Source: Cetorhinus maximus
Lineage: Eukaryota
Direction: 5' to 3'
Assembly (NCBI RefSeq): GCF_964194155.1
Contig: NC_135880.1
Location: 91,388,001 to 91,452,000, forward strand
DNA length: 64,000 nucleotides
This document shows, one piece after another, positions 58,691 through 64,000 of this stretch. The number at the start of each line of letters is the position of its first letter. Within the stretch, counting starts at the first letter, position 1. The position numbers and the translations under genes were made by a program. Below the pieces are notes generated by a model, which ran no database searches, was not told the DNA's origin, and worked only from the letters and a program-made list of their open reading frames with translations.

Positions 58691-61600
58691 TAAGCTTATT
58701 GTCACTTCTTCCAGTATCCATTGTAATCTAAAGAGATAAATATAAAATAAAACATTAATTTTTAACTGAATTTTAAAAATACACAATCAATTAAATAGGA
58801 CAGAAAAAAAACAAGTTAACAAAAACCTCAAAGCGATGCAATATTTCCCTCATGATTATGCTATTCTAGAATGATGCATTTAAAGCTGATATGGAAAAAA
58901 GTAACACTTGAAAATAGAGAAGTTATAATTTATTCACAGGTTCAGAAGACAGTGCCATGTAATCAAAATATCTCTGGCAATGTTAGTCAACTGCAGTTTA
59001 TGAGTACTGAGTGGAATTTTTGTTTCAATTACGTTGAACCAATTGACAGAGCTGGCAAGAAATTAATTGTTTCCCAAGGTGCACTCAATTGAATGTTGCT
59101 GGGGCATTAGATTACCGAGTCACTCCTCTGATGCATAGATCTGGTTGTTGAACTTGATCCAGTGCATTAACTTAGAAATTCAACCACAGTAAGAAGAAAA
59201 GGACAGATGTGCAATTCAGTATTTGGGTATGAATCAGAAAATAAATAACATTTGGGCCTGAAGCCAGTTTATGTTAGTTTGGACACTTTGGTTCATAGGC
59301 TAAAGCCCCAGAGCAACTTTGCTAGCACAATGAACTTAACCTCATAGGATGGGGCAGGGAGCCAGGATCTCAGGGGTTGTTTCTGTAGGTGTTGTGGAAC
59401 TCACTCAAATCCAGCAGACAGGCAAATGGGAGCTGATAACGTGATGTACTACAAGGAAGATTAGAAACTAAATTCTTTGCACAGTGGGTGGTTAGAATGT
59501 GGAATTGTCTGGCACAAACTATTGTGGAAACAATATTCACAAATTAAGCTGCTTGAGAAGGGAAATAATATTAAATGAAGTGGGGAATGAGTAAATCAGA
59601 ATTGACATTAGACCTGGTGACTCATATAGAGTAGAATACTGGTGTGGATTTGATGGATGGAATGGCATGTATTACACTACACTATTACCCTCTATGATTC
59701 TATTATTTCATAATATTGAAATATACTTTTACATCATATTTAATTTAAATACATACAGCTACAGAAGTAAAACCACAAAACAACATTTGTGGCGCATAAA
59801 TTATCCTGCAAAGACATAAAGGTCAAATGGGAAACTATTACCTTTCAAGAATCAATACTATTAAGACTCAGCGTGTGAAAAGTTAAACAAAAAAAATCAG
59901 TAATATGTTCCTGTACTTGTATAAAATCGTATTATTTTAAAAGCTATATATAGACATAATATTTGAAAAATATTGTAATGGCTGATTGGCAAATATCATA
60001 GCAAACTGTATCTGTTTTTATTTTGGAGAGAAAATTAAGCTGTGTTGATAAGAATGTTACAAATTCTGATTTATTGTTTTATTTTTGTATTACAAAGCAG
60101 GTCAACGAAAGGGATTTGTGTCTAATTAAACCGTGAGCCTAAGCCTTTCCCTTACATCGTTATTGTCTGTTTATAATCTGATAGAAAATAAAGATTTACT
60201 ACGTATGATAACGTGCCTCCTCAGCATGCTCATGGTGTACATCATAGATTGCTATTCATTGGCTAGCCAAATATTAAACTTTCATTTTATCATTTTTAAA
60301 GGGTGAAACCTCTTGAAAGGATTTTGTTGTAGCAAGCAAGATATATAAACGAATCAGTGCAAACGGGAATGATTCATTAATAGAACACTGCAGTGGCCCA
60401 GCGTTAAAACATGTTTTGGATGTGGCTTTCCAGACGCCAGTGAGGTTATTGTGAGAGCTTTGCTGTTCCCCATCCCCCACTCAGTCGCCTTTGTCGAAAC
60501 ACTCAGTGGAAGGATGAGGAAATGATCGCTGCTTAATGCATTGCCACGGGCTCAAAATAAAACACGCTCAACATGTCCAAACAGAAACATTGTTATCAAC
60601 CACACACACACAACGAAAAGAAGCTATTGCGAAACAGCGACTACGACCTCTGCAGAATGTGTTTAGTACAATGTGAGTGAAGCATGAAGGTTGCACTTCA
60701 GCTAAACTGGCGTTCGGCTGCAAACATCCAGGGTGATCGCTGCGAATACGACATCATATTTTAACATCCTGCCCCTATATATATATATATAGAGAGAGAG
60801 AGAGAATGAGGACATTGATTGTCGGGCATTCGGATTGAGCAGCTTCTTATTGCATGTTCTGTACTCGAGCAAACGTTTGCTCTGCAAATATTGTCTCTGA
60901 TATGTTATCTAACAAATCGAGTGGGGGAGGGCGCACTAAGGGCAAGGGCAAATAGCAAAGAGGAATAAATACACAGGCAGTCGTCAGAGAAACACCATTC
61001 GCCATATGCTTCACTTGCCACACATGCATGCACACACCGATTGCACACGGCAGAGAAGCGTACAACACACAGACTGCACAAAACCAGGCACACACAGAAC
61101 ACATGGCTCAGCTGATCAAACTGGGAGTTGCCGAGGCGTACAAACCAGGATAATTCCAGATTTGATTCCCGGCTGGGTGGAATTCAGCCAGACTGGCCTT
61201 TATGCTGTTGAAGAAAAAATGCTTAGGCGTGGTATCGAAAGGCGATACATGGATGTGCCCAATGGCAGAAATAAATGGGAAAAATATATTAAAAATGAGA
61301 AACCGACTCGCATACATCAACAAACGCATTCACAACAGACACACATGTAGAGACGCGCACAAACACCACATAGAAAAGCAAACGCATCCAAGTCACATTG
61401 TCAAGACAAACGCACATAAACAATGCAAGTCTCCCACCAGAGAAAAACAGCAGACACCATATACTACAGTCAAACCATACACCACAGAAACATATGCACC
61501 AAGACAATATACACATAGTAATCCAATGCATATATACAACACGCACAGATATAAACGCTGCAAGTACAAGAATAAACACCACACACAGCTCATAAATATC

Positions 61601-61854
61601 ACTCAGAGATAACAGACAATCATTCTCTGGACATACGAATACACAAGGGACACGTGCAGGAACCTCACCAATGTAAACAGGCATACTCGCCGTGCATACT
61701 TTGAACATAAATACTTGCGCACAAGAAGAAATGAGATATTGCAAAGAGACAGGGGAAAACTTTATTTTAAGAAGTGCTACAAATTGTTTCTAACATTTTT
61801 TTTCTCAGCACTGCAGAATATCCATCTCATTTGGCCTGTGGTAATGAAACAAGA

Positions 61855-62054
61855 CAAAAACAGAATTACCTGGAAAAACTCAGCAGGTCTGGCAGCATCG
61901 GTGGAGAAGAAAAGAGTCGACGTTTCGGGTCCACATGACCCTTCAACAGATGGGTCTTCTCCACCGATGCTGCCAGACCTGCTGAGTTTTTCCAGGTAAT
62001 TCTGTTTTTGTTTTGGATTTCCAGCATCCGCAGTAGTTTTTTGTTTTTATTTAT
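61855..62054. mobile_element. Miniature fold-back PLE insertion, 200 bp, hammerhead core in the loop
   Basis: Perfect 14-bp TSD gtaatgaaacaaga (61841-61854, 62055-62068); perfect 56-bp inverted arms 61855-61910 / 61955-62010; loop (minus) CUGUUGA-A-GGGUC-AUGUG-GACCC-GAAAC-GUC. Confidence 0.93.
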
Positions 62055-62979
62055 GTAATGAAACAAGAGTCCGTGTACCTTAAAAATGGCAATGTTTTCA
62101 ATCTGTTTTTAATTCAATGTCTCTCCGCTCTTCAATGGTTGGCTAAAAGGACACGGATCAAGGATACACTCCACCCCGCCCCGTAGTTCCCTTGTAATTG
62201 TTGCCTTCTCCCAACTATTGAACAATTAAAATACATTGGAAGAGTAAAAATTCTTACATATTTAATTTAGGAGCAACACATGCATATAGAGGGAAATGAT
62301 TCCTTTACAGAGCAAAGTGAATGTTTCCAGTTGTCATGCATTTAAAAATGTTCTGGATAACGACATCTTTTTCGAAATGTGTTTAGTTATTTACATGGAA
62401 TAGTGATCCCCTTTCCGATTTGAATGCTCAATGTAAAATTGTGTGAGGTATCGTTTTGGTTGAGGTGTTAAACAAAAGGACTGTTAATCTAAATATTGTC
62501 TGTAATCAGTATTTCCTGGATGAGCAGGAAAGTAATTTGTGGGTGAAGGATAGGTTACTTTAACTGTAAATAGGCGCGATATAAATTATCTGGATGGTGG
62601 ATGCACTTTATTGTAAATCCAAATCCCATGACCTAAGCGTTCTGGATGAGGGCTGAAGAAAATCTAAATGTGTGCTTTCCGTAGTAAAATGTTCTGGATG
62701 AAGTAGAAAGTCAATGGAACCATTTGTTTTAGGCACTGGGTGCTGCGAGCTAAACACTTGGAGCTGGGTGCTTGGTTCAGGCTGTGACGAGACAAGGGTG
62801 AAAGTAGCTGAATTTGCTGGCTATGCTAGCTAAACGCTCCACTGCTGGGAGTTGAATGCTCCAGTGCTGGCTCTGCTGGAAGCTCCTTTGACACACAGGA
62901 ACTGACTTGACTCTTGTGCTGGAAGCTTAGCTCCCCTCGCTCTCTCTCTCTCTCACACACACACAGATGGGAAAACGCG

Positions 62980-63219
62980 CAGCCAATGGTTGGGCTGAGT
63001 TTCATAAAAGCTGCGCTCTGAGTGGCTGTAGGGCGAATGGCTGTGAAACAAAGGAGAGGAGCCCGGTCTGGAGCAGAGAGAGAGAGACAGAGAAATGTGC
63101 ACCCAGCAAAAAAACACACACAGTGAAGACAAGCCAATACAACCAGCAAAACACATCGACACTGAGAACAAGCTAATGCACCCAGCAAAACACACCGATA
63201 CATAGGCAGAGAGGTAAAG
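62980..63219 (+). promoter_or_regulatory. Putative Pol II core promoter and non-coding first exon of an unidentified gene
   Basis: AGCCAATG (CCAAT 62983-62987), TATA variant CATAAAAG (63003-63010), splice donor GAG/gtaaag at 63213/63214; TE-poor, CpG-retaining surroundings from ~60.2 kb to the window end. Confidence 0.5.
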
Positions 63220-64000
63220 GACAGGTAGTCACGCTAGCACAAGGTCTGATTTAAAACAAAGCAAAAAAAAATGCATTTCATATCACAAGAAGACCAGGGC
63301 AAAACCGAGCCAGTACTGATCGTAAGTATATTGTGCAATAATCTGAGTGTAAAGTTTTATCAATCACACCAGAGATCGTATCTTTTGGCAAGAGAAGTGA
63401 GCGCTTTACAAAGTTCCTTTTTTTTAACTTTACTGCCCGTCCCGAGTTTTGGATAAAATCGGGCTATTATTGAATATGATATAGTTTTGATTCATCTTTC
63501 TGATTTGAAAATTGTATCCGGTGCCGTTTCCTTATTTATTTTACTTCCACGATTTTTTAAAAGAGGAAACAAATTTGGCGATTAGTCCCTCGTGACACTT
63601 AGAGTGCTAACTTAAGCTTGTAAATAGCTGTAAGTTTTCGCTGAAGTTGACTTTAATAAGCATTTACAACTGTCGATCACGAATGCTTCCCCTCCCCTGC
63701 TTTTATTGCTGATATGAAAAGAACAAGCAGCGTGTTCTAAAGATTTGCGTTTAATCTCACCCAGGCGATAGCAGCTCCCTAAGAGATTTCCCTACATTAA
63801 AATTGCAGATTTCAAGTTCTCCCCTATCTTTTTTTCCTCACTAAGGAAAGATCGGTTTTCTGATACGCTTGTCACCGATTTTTGTTCTCACGTCAAGCTA
63901 CAGGGAATCTTGGATTCACGTGATTGAAGCTCGAAATGTAACAAAATAGCTGCTTTTAGGTGGTTGGTTGTTGCAACCTCCCCCTTCAAATCCATCAACA

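Noticed and set aside
61000-61745. Several 65-150-aa ORFs
   Set aside because: Degenerate (CA)-rich low-complexity DNA yielding spurious Cys/Val- or His/Thr-rich frames.

Overview
Vertebrate non-genic DNA, almost certainly from a cartilaginous fish (shark-type SINE, CR1, L2, Penelope and Harbinger repertoire; organism inferred from repeat content only). No host protein-coding exon is recognisable, and most of the ORF track is noise or TE pseudogene. Main content: (i) a young Penelope-like retroelement (PLE) family, with one full-length copy carrying an intact RT + GIY-YIG ORF (50203-53635, minus), a 5'-truncated copy, and ~200-bp fold-back miniatures; all carry a minimal hammerhead-ribozyme motif, with a non-canonical core in the young copies and covarying stem II; (ii) two decayed full-length PIF/Harbinger transposons (transposase plus intron-containing Myb/SANT gene), two more remnants, and at least six related GG(G/C)CAG-TIR MITEs with 3-bp TSDs and internal palindromes; (iii) CR1, L2, RTE and Zenon/Crack-like LINE fragments and tRNA-derived SINEs, deeply nested; (iv) a TE-poor, CpG-retaining end region with a likely Pol II promoter and non-coding first exon near 63 kb. 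The most striking structure is a single PLE insertion (5733-8421, 14-bp TSD) that contains a 751-bp inverted copy of genomic DNA lying 1 kb downstream, bracketed by pieces of the PLE tail.
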